Virus record (IMG/VR): IMGVR_UViG_3300048858_000115
Coordinates: 1-34,154 of that record
Length of the DNA stretch: 34,154 bases
Strand: one strand, 5' to 3'
Source of the DNA: a virus
Taxonomy: Duplodnaviria > Caudoviricetes
The notes below the pieces were generated by a model. The model did not search any database, was not told where the DNA came from, and saw nothing but the letters and a program-made list of their open reading frames with translations. Of the stretch, positions 9,299-18,553 are shown in pieces. A program made the translations under genes and the position numbers. Each line of letters starts with the position of its first letter. The first letter of the stretch is position 1.

Positions 9299-9642
9299 AC
9301 CCATAAACGACTGCTCCTAGATCGAGCGCTGAACGGCCGATTGTGGGTGGAGTGCGGCCGGTCCGCCTTCGAGCGCCTAGATAGAGTAAGCGGACGTCTG
9401 TTCACCGAGCTGCCGCCCGCTGCGACGTGCCCGAGGACGGACGATTGGTCTGTGCTCCCGATACACTAAGAACTGCCGTTCATCTGGCCAGACGGCGAGT
9501 TCTTGATCTGCATGCCAAGCCGGCCAAACTGACCGGAGCGGCGGAAGGCCGTTCCAGCAAACGCTTTAGGATTCTTCGTCACTGGGCCGGGTCAGATTCT
9601 GAGGCTATGCCAGGCGTCGATCGGGGACTATCGGCGGTGACT

Positions 9643-10494
9643 ATGCACGAGTTCGAGGAGCTGGAGGATTTAGACGCGGTCTCCCAGGGAGACGTGTTCG
9701 AGTGGGTCGATGCGGAGCGCCCCTGGAGAACTTACGGCGTGGTCGTCACGGCCGACTGCGACCTCGCCCGCGAGAAGCATGGGGGGTTCATCTCCTACGT
9801 CCCTGCCATGCTCAGCAACGACTTCATCTGGGCCCGTTGGCGCATCGAGCGGTTCGGCGGCGAACTACAGCAGCACCTCGACAAGTCGGCTCGCAGGGTT
9901 TCGGGCCGTCTTGCGTCCGGAGGCGGAGCCGCGAACGTATCAGCCGACGCGATACGCAGCTGGCTGGAGCGCTCCGGCGCTGATAGCGTGCTGGACGACA
10001 TGGGTGTGACCGCCCCCGGCGACCGGGCCACCCTTGCGAATGTGCTCAAACCGGCGGAGCTGCTCGTCACCTTGATGTCGAAGGAAGCGCCAGACCTGAA
10101 GCTGCTCAGGTCCGCGTACGCGGTGGTGAAGCCCGCTTCGGCCACCAACCCGCAGCTGATTGTCGCCGACATTCAGAAAAGCTGGAACTCCCTGCCCGGT
10201 GATCTATTCCACATCCCCGGCGTGCCCGGGGCGAACGACGCCGAAAGAGACAGCCTCTTTCTCCACCTGCGTCACATCCGCCAGGTGCCAGCGGGAGCGC
10301 TAAGCGCTAGGCCTGACGCGCTCCGCAGCGGGAAGGCGACCTGCAAACGTGTGGCCCGAATCAGCGCTCCATTTCGATACGCCATGACCCAGGCGCTCGG
10401 CCGCGTCTTCACCGACATCGGTCTGCCGGAATCATACGAGACGCGCTGCAAAGGCGCCGCCGAGCTGTTCCTCCAGGAACCGGATCCATCATGA
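9643..10494 (+). CDS. Accessory hypothetical protein with SQGD...TADCDL motif (candidate defence effector)
   Basis: 283 aa from ATG 9643 (ATG 9607 also in frame); VSQGDVF, VVVTADCDL, C-terminal RISAPFRYAMTQALGRVFTDIGLP; ATGA overlap with the helicase. Confidence 0.75.
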   Translation: MHEFEELEDLDAVSQGDVFEWVDAERPWRTYGVVVTADCDLAREKHGGFISYVPAMLSNDFIWARWRIERFGGELQQHLDKSARRVSGRLASGGGAANVSADAIRSWLERSGADSVLDDMGVTAPGDRATLANVLKPAELLVTLMSKEAPDLKLLRSAYAVVKPASATNPQLIVADIQKSWNSLPGDLFHIPGVPGANDAERDSLFLHLRHIRQVPAGALSARPDALRSGKATCKRVARISAPFRYAMTQALGRVFTDIGLPESYETRCKGAAELFLQEPDPS

Positions 10495-12680
10495 AGACCA
10501 TCATCATCACTGAGGCCGCGCTGCCGGCCGCCTCGCATCCTGACTTCCCCGCCATCGACCTGCTCGCGGGGACGCCGCCGGTCGCGTTCGAGAACCTCGT
10601 CATTCGCGAAGGACCGGACTCTATCCTGGTCGCGACCAGGACTTGCGACTTCTCGTCCCGTCTGCTGGTGCTGGGCAGCGGGCTATCCCGCAACCTCCCG
10701 CTCCTCCCCGTTGAGGAGCATGCGACCCTGTTCGACCGCTCCGTCCGCTTCGGCCTCCGCAGCTTCAATAAGGCGATCGCGCTTAGCCCCAACTCGATGC
10801 CCTACCGTAAGGGATCGCGCAGCTCGGCCTTCGCCTCGGGCGCCTCCACCCTGCGTATCATAGCCGAGGAAGGCTTCCAGGGGTCGCGCAACGTCTACGT
10901 ATACGATCTGGAGGAGGCGGCGGCCGTGCAGGACCTCGCTCAGCACTTCCCAGATCCCAACGCCTACGAGCGAGCGCTGTCCTCGCTCCCGGAGCTCTTC
11001 GACACACCGGCACCTCCTCCTCCGAACGATGGTCCGGTGGAGCTCGGCTGGCAGACCGGCGACAAGGTAGCGAAGGGCTTCGCATACGACGAGTGGCTCC
11101 CACTCCTGTCCAAGGAGCAGAAGAACTTCGTCTTGGAGCGGGAGATCACCGGTCCACTGCGGGTGAGGGGTGCCGCTGGCACGGGTAAGACCCTTTCCAT
11201 GGTGTTGAAGGCGCTCACAGTCGCCAAGACTGCGGACGGACCTGTCCGCATACTGTTCCTCACCCACAGCTGGGCGGTGGCGGGCAAGGTGGACGAGCTG
11301 GTGCGCAGCGTCGGCCGCGACATCCCGGGCGCGAAGTCGATCGACGTCTATCCTCTCATGGAACTGGCCAGGCAGCGCGACTACTCGCTGGTCGGACGAC
11401 GACCACTCGGCTTGGACAGTGAAGCCGGGATCACGGAGGCGCTGAAGGTCATCTCCGAGCTTGTCGACAGCTTCAAGACAACCGACTGGGTGGCGTACAG
11501 GAGCGGCTGCTCGGCCGGCTTGGCGGTTCGCATGGACGCAGCCGCCGGAACCCGCGAGCGCCGTGATCTCCACTGGGACCTGCTGTCCGAGTTCGGGGGG
11601 GTGTTCGCCGCCGAGGGCCTACTCGCCCGCGGCACCGATCGCGAGCGGTATCTGCGCGTGAGACGGATGGCGTACATGATGCGGCTGGAAACGCCGACGG
11701 ACCGCGAGGTCGTCTTCGCGCTCTGGCGCTCGTTCCTATCGTATCTGAGGGAGAACGGGCTGATCGCGACAGACCAGATCATCAGCGACTACCTAAACGA
11801 TCTTCGGACCTTCTTCTGGGAGGCTAAGCGAAGCGTCGACGGGTATGACTATGTCTTTGTCGACGAGATGCACCTGTTCAACGCCCAGGAGCGCCTAGTC
11901 TTCCACAACCTGCTGGCGGACGGCGACGCCAGCCCGAAGGTCGTCATGGCCCTGGATCCAAGGCAGAGCCCGAGGGAGGTGTTCGCCGGGATCGAGGGCG
12001 AAGAGCCGCGCGGCGGCACCAGCATCTACGAACGTGCGCAGCTGCACAACCCGGGCAAAGTCGACTTCCTGGATGTCTACCGATCGACCCCGGAACTGAC
12101 CCGTCTGACCAGGACCGTGCTCGACGCCGTTCCTGCCCTGGACATGGGGGACGACTGGGCTCTACCGATCGGGGGCAGCATGCTCGCCAGCGGACCCCTT
12201 CCACAGTACAAGGTGGTGGCCGATATCGCTGAGACCTTTGGAACGGCGATCGCGACAGCGAAGTCGCTCCAGAACGAAGCTCGCCGACACGATGGTCAAG
12301 TCGCGATCCTCTGCATGGACTACGATCGCTTCCTCCGTCTCCGCGAGCCGGCACAGGCCCAGAACAGGAAGAGCATCTTCATCATCTCCTCCAGAGACGA
12401 CGTGGAGCGACTGCGTTTCCTCAGCCAGCGTATCGTGTTCAGCACCCCGGAGTACGTGGCGGGCCTTCAGTTCGACACGGTGGTCCTCATAGACGCGAAC
12501 GCCGACCTGGTACCCGACGGCGCGTACAGCGGCGCGGCGGAGCGCCGGTTCTTGTCCGAACTCTACCTGGGTCTCAGCCGCGCCGAGCGCAGGGTCGTCG
12601 TGCTGGCGTCGCGTGACGGAGGGGGACTCACGCGGTTCCTCGCGGCCCCGGCATCGAAGGGGCTCATGGAGCCGCTCTGA
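10491..12680 (+). CDS. UvrD/Rep-like superfamily 1 helicase with uncharacterised ~200 aa N-terminal domain
   Basis: Q motif LSKEQ, Walker A GAAGTGKT, Ia ILFLTHS, Walker B VFVDEMH, III LDPRQS, IV VYRST, V AGLQFDTVVL, VI LYLGLSRA. Confidence 0.9.
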   Translation: MKTIIITEAALPAASHPDFPAIDLLAGTPPVAFENLVIREGPDSILVATRTCDFSSRLLVLGSGLSRNLPLLPVEEHATLFDRSVRFGLRSFNKAIALSPNSMPYRKGSRSSAFASGASTLRIIAEEGFQGSRNVYVYDLEEAAAVQDLAQHFPDPNAYERALSSLPELFDTPAPPPPNDGPVELGWQTGDKVAKGFAYDEWLPLLSKEQKNFVLEREITGPLRVRGAAGTGKTLSMVLKALTVAKTADGPVRILFLTHSWAVAGKVDELVRSVGRDIPGAKSIDVYPLMELARQRDYSLVGRRPLGLDSEAGITEALKVISELVDSFKTTDWVAYRSGCSAGLAVRMDAAAGTRERRDLHWDLLSEFGGVFAAEGLLARGTDRERYLRVRRMAYMMRLETPTDREVVFALWRSFLSYLRENGLIATDQIISDYLNDLRTFFWEAKRSVDGYDYVFVDEMHLFNAQERLVFHNLLADGDASPKVVMALDPRQSPREVFAGIEGEEPRGGTSIYERAQLHNPGKVDFLDVYRSTPELTRLTRTVLDAVPALDMGDDWALPIGGSMLASGPLPQYKVVADIAETFGTAIATAKSLQNEARRHDGQVAILCMDYDRFLRLREPAQAQNRKSIFIISSRDDVERLRFLSQRIVFSTPEYVAGLQFDTVVLIDANADLVPDGAYSGAAERRFLSELYLGLSRAERRVVVLASRDGGGLTRFLAAPASKGLMEPL

Positions 12681-12968
12681 TCGCGGGTGGGGTGCGCTGG
12701 CCGCATTCCTACATCTGCGGGGGATCGCCGCCCCCTGAGAGTTTCTAGGACCGTCGTCGCCTCCGGAGGCTCGCCACCGCGGCCGAGCCTCAGTTTGCGG
12801 ACATCGCGGGACGGCCCCCAGCCCGGCGGTCGACCGCACGCCTGATATTCGCCATCCGGTCAAGCTGAACGAACGGCAGCTTTTAAGGCAGGGAAAGTGC
12901 AGATTGGATGGCGAAAGCTGGGCGTTTCCCGACAGTCGCCTTAATGAGCCTACGACCTAATCCGGCTC

Positions 12969-12989
12969 TTGTGGAGAGCGTCTCCACAA
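12969..12989 (+). promoter_or_regulatory. Ogr-type late promoter site upstream of J
   Basis: TTGTGGAGA-GCG-TCTCCACAA, identical to the reverse complement of the 2897 site; 46 nt before the J ATG. Confidence 0.8.
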
Positions 12990-13035
12990 GCCTGCGCGTC
13001 TAGCCCGACCGGTACCGCGCCCGCGACATGGCGGC

Positions 13036-13932
13036 ATGGCCGCCAGCACCGCCTCCACGCTTGACCTGTCCAGCCTCCCCGCGCCGGATCTGATTGAGCA
13101 GCTTCCGTTCGACGATGTCCTCGCGCGCATGGTCGCGGACGTGAAGGCGCTGCTCCCAGCCTTCGACGCCACGGTCGATTCCGACCCCGCCGTGATCGTC
13201 CTGCAGGTCGCCGCCTATCACCTGCAGCTGCACCGGACGGCCGTAAACGACGCCGCACGCCAGCTGATGGTGGCGTCGGCAACCGGCTCGAACCTCGACC
13301 AGCTGGCGGCCCTCGTACGCGTCCAGCGGCTCACGATTGACGAAGGCGATCCCGCCCGCGGCATCCCGCCCAAGCTCGAGAGCGATGCGGCACTGCGGCA
13401 GCGTATCACCCTCGGCCCGGAAGGGTTCTCCGTCGCCGGCCCCGAACTCGCTTATGTCTTCCACGCCACGTCCGCCGACGGTGGCGTGCGCGACGCCAGC
13501 GCCACTTCGCCCGCGCCCGGGGAGGTGCTGGTGTCGGTGCTCGCCCGCGATGGCGACGGCACCGCGCCCGCCGATCTGCTCGCAAAGGTAGCCTCCGTCG
13601 TGAACAGCGACAGCGTGCGTCCGCTCGGCGACCTGGTCACCGTTGCCTCGGCCGATATCCGGCACTTCGAGCTAGCGGCGCGGCTCGTCACCTTCAGCGG
13701 CCCCGACGTCGACCTGGTGCTGTCGGCCGCCCGCGCATCGCTTGACGGCTATCTCGCCCGCAGCCGCCTGCTCGGCCGCGACATCACCCGCTCGGGCATC
13801 TACGCCGCGTTGCATGTCTCGGGTGTCATGCGCGTCGACATCCTGTCGCCCGCCGCCGATGTCGTCTGCGATGCCACCCAGGCGGCATACTGCACCAAGA
13901 TCACGCTGACGCACGGTGGCTATGACCACTGA
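13036..13932 (+). CDS. J: Baseplate assembly protein J
   Basis: LDLSSLPAPDLIE, ATGSNLDQLAA, FSVAGPELAY, VRPLGDLVTV, AYCT. Confidence 0.95.
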   Translation: MAASTASTLDLSSLPAPDLIEQLPFDDVLARMVADVKALLPAFDATVDSDPAVIVLQVAAYHLQLHRTAVNDAARQLMVASATGSNLDQLAALVRVQRLTIDEGDPARGIPPKLESDAALRQRITLGPEGFSVAGPELAYVFHATSADGGVRDASATSPAPGEVLVSVLARDGDGTAPADLLAKVASVVNSDSVRPLGDLVTVASADIRHFELAARLVTFSGPDVDLVLSAARASLDGYLARSRLLGRDITRSGIYAALHVSGVMRVDILSPAADVVCDATQAAYCTKITLTHGGYDH

Positions 13933-14581
13933 GCGCGTCTCGCTGCTGCCGCCCAACTCGACGCCGCTTGAGCGCGCGCTCGAGCAGGGCGTCGCGCGCC
14001 TGGGTGAGGTGCCGTACCCGCTCGACCTGCTGTGGGATCCGCAGCGCTGCCCGGTCGAGATGCTGCCGTGGCTCGCCTGGGGACTGTCCGTCGATAGCTG
14101 GGATGCCGAGTGGAGCGAGCAGGCCAAGCGGGATGCCGTCGCCGGCTCGATCGCGCTCCACTACACCAAGGGCACGCCCGCTTCCGTGAAATCGGTGCTC
14201 GGCCGCTTCGATCAATTGCTCGAGCTGGTGGAGTGGCACCAGGCGACGCCCAGAGCGGATCCGCACACCTTTGAGATCCGCCTCCCGATCGCGGGCGACG
14301 GCGTGGAGCCCGGCGGCCGCCGCGCCACCGCCGCCTTTGCCGAAGCCATCATCCGCGAGGTCGGCCGCGTGAAGCCCGCGCGCGAGCACTTCCGCCTGGT
14401 GCAGAGCCTCGTGCTTGAGGGCGCGATCGGCATCCAAGGCGTGGCCCGGCTCGCCGGCGCCACTCGCGCGGAGATGGCCGCCAACATCGACACCTCGCCG
14501 GCCTGGGCCGCCTACCTCCAGACTGAGGATGGCGAGCCGCTGCAGGACGAAGCCGGCGCCTTTCTGGACACCGCCCCATGA
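13922..14581 (+). CDS. I: Tail protein I, with C-terminal acidic extension
   Basis: SLLPPNSTPLERAL, LWDPQRCP, LPWLAWGLSVDSWD, HYTKGT, KPAREH. Confidence 0.93.
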   Translation: MTTERVSLLPPNSTPLERALEQGVARLGEVPYPLDLLWDPQRCPVEMLPWLAWGLSVDSWDAEWSEQAKRDAVAGSIALHYTKGTPASVKSVLGRFDQLLELVEWHQATPRADPHTFEIRLPIAGDGVEPGGRRATAAFAEAIIREVGRVKPAREHFRLVQSLVLEGAIGIQGVARLAGATRAEMAANIDTSPAWAAYLQTEDGEPLQDEAGAFLDTAP

Positions 14582-15765
14582 GCAAGCTCGCCCTCACCAT
14601 CACCCAGGCGGGCCATGCTCGCTTCACCGCGGCGCAGGTCGACGACGACATCGACCTCTCCATCAGCGAGGTTGGCCTGACGAACACGGTGTTCGTGGCG
14701 GCGCCGACGCTTACCGCCCTGCCGGGGGAGTTCGGCCGCGTGTCGACGATCTCGGGCGAGGCAATTGGCGACAACGTCGTGCACATGGTTGTGCGGGATA
14801 GCGAACCGAGCGCCTACCAGGTGCGCGGCTTCGGCCTGTTCCTCGCGGATGGCACGCTGTTCGCGTCCTATGCGCAGGCAGAGCCGCTGTTTGAGAAGTC
14901 GGCGCTCTCCGACATGCACCTCGCCATCGACATCGCTTTCCCGACCGGCAACGTCGAGCAGCTGACGTTCGGCAATACCAACTTCCTCAACCCGCCGGCG
15001 ACCACCGCCACCCGCGGCGTGGCCGAGCTGGCGACGCAGGACGAGGTCGACGCCGGCACCGATGGCGAGCGGATCGTCACGCCCAAGACGCTCGCGCAGC
15101 GACTCACCAGCTGGACTGCCGGCCTGCTCGGCCGCCGCATCACCGGCGCCGGCCTCGCCACCGGCGGCGGCGATCTCACCGCCGACCGCACCATCACCGT
15201 CGAGGCAGCGAGTGCGGCCGAGGCAGACGCGGGCACGCTCGCCACCAAGGCGCTAACGCCGGCGAGTATCGCCAATGTGCTTTCCTCCATCCTCGCGCGC
15301 GTGCCGCTCACCCGGCGCATCAACACCGATGGCCTGGCGCTTGGCGGCAACGCGCTCGCCACCGACGTGACGATCTCGGTTCCCCCGGCCACGCCCGAGC
15401 AGCTGCTCAACGCGATGGCCGGCAACGTCGCGGTCACGCCGAAAGCGTTCGGCGACATGCAGGCGCTGTTCGGCAGTGGAGACAACCTCATCGTCCTGCC
15501 CGGCGGATGGATCGTCCAGCTGATCAACTATCGCGCGCTGCTGGTCGATGAGCCCCTGGTCACCATCCAGTATCCGGTCGCCTTTCCCGACAGGTGCATC
15601 TTCGCCCTGCCGGTCGCCTACATTTCCGCTCCCAGCAACGTCCGCGACGGCGGCACCCAGCTGTGCGGCGAGCCGGGACGCACCTCCTGCCTCGTCCAGG
15701 TGCAGGCGGACGACCAGAACGACCGCCGCATCGACGGCATCAACCTCCTCGTCATTGGACGCTAA
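14578..15765 (+). CDS. H: Tail fibre protein, gpH-like
   Basis: N-terminal ITQAG...GLFLADGTLFA anchor; repeated AT..E..AG....VTP units; C-terminal LPGGWIVQ...YPVAFP. Confidence 0.85.
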   Translation: MSKLALTITQAGHARFTAAQVDDDIDLSISEVGLTNTVFVAAPTLTALPGEFGRVSTISGEAIGDNVVHMVVRDSEPSAYQVRGFGLFLADGTLFASYAQAEPLFEKSALSDMHLAIDIAFPTGNVEQLTFGNTNFLNPPATTATRGVAELATQDEVDAGTDGERIVTPKTLAQRLTSWTAGLLGRRITGAGLATGGGDLTADRTITVEAASAAEADAGTLATKALTPASIANVLSSILARVPLTRRINTDGLALGGNALATDVTISVPPATPEQLLNAMAGNVAVTPKAFGDMQALFGSGDNLIVLPGGWIVQLINYRALLVDEPLVTIQYPVAFPDRCIFALPVAYISAPSNVRDGGTQLCGEPGRTSCLVQVQADDQNDRRIDGINLLVIGR

Positions 15766-15768
15766 GCC

Positions 15769-18504
15769 ATGGCCAAAATCTCTCAGCTGCCCGCACTCGA
15801 GCAGCCCACTGGCGACGAACGCCTGCCGGTCATCGACGCCACCGGCGCCACCCGCGGCGCCCGCTTCCGTCCGCTGGTGGAGGCCGCAGCCGCACCCTCG
15901 GTCGCTCGTGCCGAAGCGGCGGCACAGCAGGCGACCGGCGGCCTGAAGCCGATCCGCTTCCCCAACAGCTATCCGCAGCCGAGCTTCGCCGATGGCGTGC
16001 TGCCTAACACCCGCTCGGGCACACCAGCCCTGGTCCCGGTTACGTCGCCCGCGCTCGTTGCGCTGGGCGCTGTGAATGGCATTTGGAACAGTGTCGGCAC
16101 GGCGTCCCTGGTCACGATGGTTCGGGTTCCGGTGGCCCCCGTGGACATCGGCAAAAACGCCTACATGTCGTTCTACGTTCGATCTGCAGCCGCGCTTCCG
16201 AATTCGTTTCAGCGCAGCGCGTTCTTGGATGACGCCAATGCGATCATCGCGGGTGGCTTGGCCTACGAACAGGAGCTGATTGAAACCGGCGCTGACTATT
16301 ACGTGTATCGCTGTGCAGCGGTCGGCGTGATCCCGGCGGGCACAGCTTTTCTGGGAATCGGCCGCGCTCTTAATCAGCGGGCGGTGAGCGATTACATCAC
16401 CGGCATCACGTACGGCATTTCGAAGTGGCCGCTTAGCAGCGCAAACTTCTTCTATGACAAGCTTGATCCGGTCCTGTTGTCGGATCCTTCCGCCCTGGCA
16501 AAGACGGCGCTCAACGACACGCTGCGGACATCCTGGATCAACGTCCTGCCGGGCGGCGACTTCGTCGGCGGCGACGTGGAGATGCGCAGCGGATCGTCTG
16601 CCGTCGATCTCGCGCAGCCCCAGCTCACGGCGCGCGGCTACTCGCGTGGTGTGCAGTGGCGGACGGGTGGCAATGACTATGCGCGGTATCCGGGCACGGT
16701 CGATCTCACCGGGCAAAATGCCTTCGGCGGCTTCTTCCTCTACTCCGAGAACCCCGCCAATCTGCTGACGGCTGCAGGCGCAACGCTCTTTCAGGAGAGC
16801 GACGCCGGAGTGCTGACGCAGGTCGCCGGGCAGAGCAACGGCATCGTCACGCTGTCCCCGAAGCTGCAATTCGTTTGGATGCGGGGGCAGATCACCGCCG
16901 CCGGCACGAAACGGTTGATCGTTGGCACGCCCGTAGTGGCGGCCGACAACACCCGTTTTGCGACCGGGTTCGTCATCTTCCTGTCTGCCACCGCGATCGA
17001 CCCTGACGAGGCGGTTCGGCAGGTCTTCCTGGCAGACAAGGCGCGCAATCAGGCGCGCAACTATGCGTTGGCTATCTCGGGACGCGGCTCACAGCCGGCA
17101 ACGGACCTCTCTGTGCTGTCGCTGAACGGCGCCGGGGTAGCCTATGTCGAAAGCACGCGTTCCGGGCACAAGATCCGCAACACCTTCGTGCCGTTCCCCG
17201 AGGTGAACATCGCCAGCAATCCGTGCCGCCTCAACCTGGTCGGTCAGTTTGTGGACGGGGTGGAGCTGCGCTCCGGGGATGATGACATCGCGCCGGATCA
17301 TACCGAGGGCACCACGCTCGGCGGCAACCACGGCTATACGTTCGGCCGCTGTACCGCGTCCGGGCACGGCAAGACTGCAGCGGACGAAGGGAACATCGCA
17401 ACGCTGGGTGGCGTGGAATACGTCATCGTGAAGGTCGAGAGTGCCAGCGTCCTGCTGCTCGCCACGCGCCTGGCGAACACGGCGCCGCCGGTCGGCACCT
17501 ACGCGCACGCGACCGGCAACTTCACGGTCACACTCGTGACCGGTCTGCAATGGTATCCGCCGCACGGCAACTACAGCATCGGGTGCTTTGTCGACGGCGT
17601 GCCCGTGACAGAGCGGGCGGGGAGGTTCGCCTATACCCGCAGCGTCCAGTTCGTGGAGGTGTGCGACATCCTCGCGCGCCAGACGATCATCGACTGGTGG
17701 ATTGCCAATGGCGGCGCGCGTGGCGGTCACCAGCCCCAGGGCGCCGGGCTCTACCGCATGGTGACCACGTACCGCTTCGACTGTGACGGCCAGCTGACGA
17801 TCTCGCGATCGTGGGTCATCCTCAAGCCGACCCTCGTCACCGATCTGATGGGTGTGCAGGTGGGGATGGTCGGCGCCCCCAAGACGTACCAGGTGCCCGG
17901 TGCCGAGCCCTTCGTCTATGACGGCGAGACCCTCGACTATGGCCGTGGCGTTGCCGCGAACCGCACCCTGGCAGCAAGCGGGATGCCGTCCATCTTCTTC
18001 ACCAGCGCCAGGCTGCAGGTTGCCGGGGAATACGCGCACCGGGTCCTGTCTGTCTGGGACAACTACGTCTTCGCGGCCGGCCTGCTGCCGATCGGCGACG
18101 CCGCCTATGGCGTGCGGCGCGCGCGCCTCTCTACCAAGGCGCTGGAGATCCGCGGCAACACGGGCAAGCTCTACTTCCGCGTGCTCGATAAGGGCGCGTT
18201 CACCGCCCAGCCCGGCGAGGTCTACGAGGTCATCGGTTTCCGCCACGTCCTGCCCCGCAAGGCAGGCCGGCCGACCGTCTGCACCGTCCGCCACTCCGAC
18301 CACGAGGCGACGGTTTACATCGACTGGACCGACTTCAGCGGTATCGACCAGATCGCCCTTCCGGCCGATCTGGTCGGCCGCAGCCTCTCGGTTGCCGACA
18401 AGCGCAACGCCGCGCTGCTCGGCACGCTGGCGGCCGGCAGTGTCACCGTGAACGTGAACGCTGCCGGGAACCACGCTTACCTGGTGCTTCAGGTCGGAAG
18501 GTAA
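15769..18504 (+). CDS. Large putative receptor-binding/tail spike protein
   Basis: 911 aa directly after H; N-terminal MAKISQLP; Gly/Thr/Val/aromatic beta-rich composition; no catalytic motif recognised. Confidence 0.65.
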   Translation: MAKISQLPALEQPTGDERLPVIDATGATRGARFRPLVEAAAAPSVARAEAAAQQATGGLKPIRFPNSYPQPSFADGVLPNTRSGTPALVPVTSPALVALGAVNGIWNSVGTASLVTMVRVPVAPVDIGKNAYMSFYVRSAAALPNSFQRSAFLDDANAIIAGGLAYEQELIETGADYYVYRCAAVGVIPAGTAFLGIGRALNQRAVSDYITGITYGISKWPLSSANFFYDKLDPVLLSDPSALAKTALNDTLRTSWINVLPGGDFVGGDVEMRSGSSAVDLAQPQLTARGYSRGVQWRTGGNDYARYPGTVDLTGQNAFGGFFLYSENPANLLTAAGATLFQESDAGVLTQVAGQSNGIVTLSPKLQFVWMRGQITAAGTKRLIVGTPVVAADNTRFATGFVIFLSATAIDPDEAVRQVFLADKARNQARNYALAISGRGSQPATDLSVLSLNGAGVAYVESTRSGHKIRNTFVPFPEVNIASNPCRLNLVGQFVDGVELRSGDDDIAPDHTEGTTLGGNHGYTFGRCTASGHGKTAADEGNIATLGGVEYVIVKVESASVLLLATRLANTAPPVGTYAHATGNFTVTLVTGLQWYPPHGNYSIGCFVDGVPVTERAGRFAYTRSVQFVEVCDILARQTIIDWWIANGGARGGHQPQGAGLYRMVTTYRFDCDGQLTISRSWVILKPTLVTDLMGVQVGMVGAPKTYQVPGAEPFVYDGETLDYGRGVAANRTLAASGMPSIFFTSARLQVAGEYAHRVLSVWDNYVFAAGLLPIGDAAYGVRRARLSTKALEIRGNTGKLYFRVLDKGAFTAQPGEVYEVIGFRHVLPRKAGRPTVCTVRHSDHEATVYIDWTDFSGIDQIALPADLVGRSLSVADKRNAALLGTLAAGSVTVNVNAAGNHAYLVLQVGR

Positions 18505-18516
18505 ACGCAAAGCAAA

Positions 18517-18553
18517 TCCCGCTCTTGTAGAGAGCGTCTCTACAAGAGCGGGA
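18517..18553 (+). promoter_or_regulatory. Ogr-type late promoter site upstream of V, extended to a perfect 17-bp inverted repeat
   Basis: TCCCGCTCTTGTAGAGA-GCG-TCTCTACAAGAGCGGGA; core differs from the other two sites by a compensatory G>A / C>T pair. Confidence 0.8.

Noticed and set aside
9427-9642. 72-aa N-terminal extension of the cargo gene from GTG 9427
   Set aside because: No SD and atypical composition; the conserved-looking motif begins just after ATG 9643
10491-12680. Calling the helicase Gabija GajB or the phage replicative helicase
   Set aside because: The partner lacks GajA ABC-ATPase/TOPRIM motifs, and the location and codon usage indicate cargo rather than the early replication module
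18517-18553. 17-bp inverted repeat as an intrinsic terminator, IS end or invertase site
   Set aside because: No T tract and no transposase or invertase; its core equals the late-promoter box found at two other operon starts
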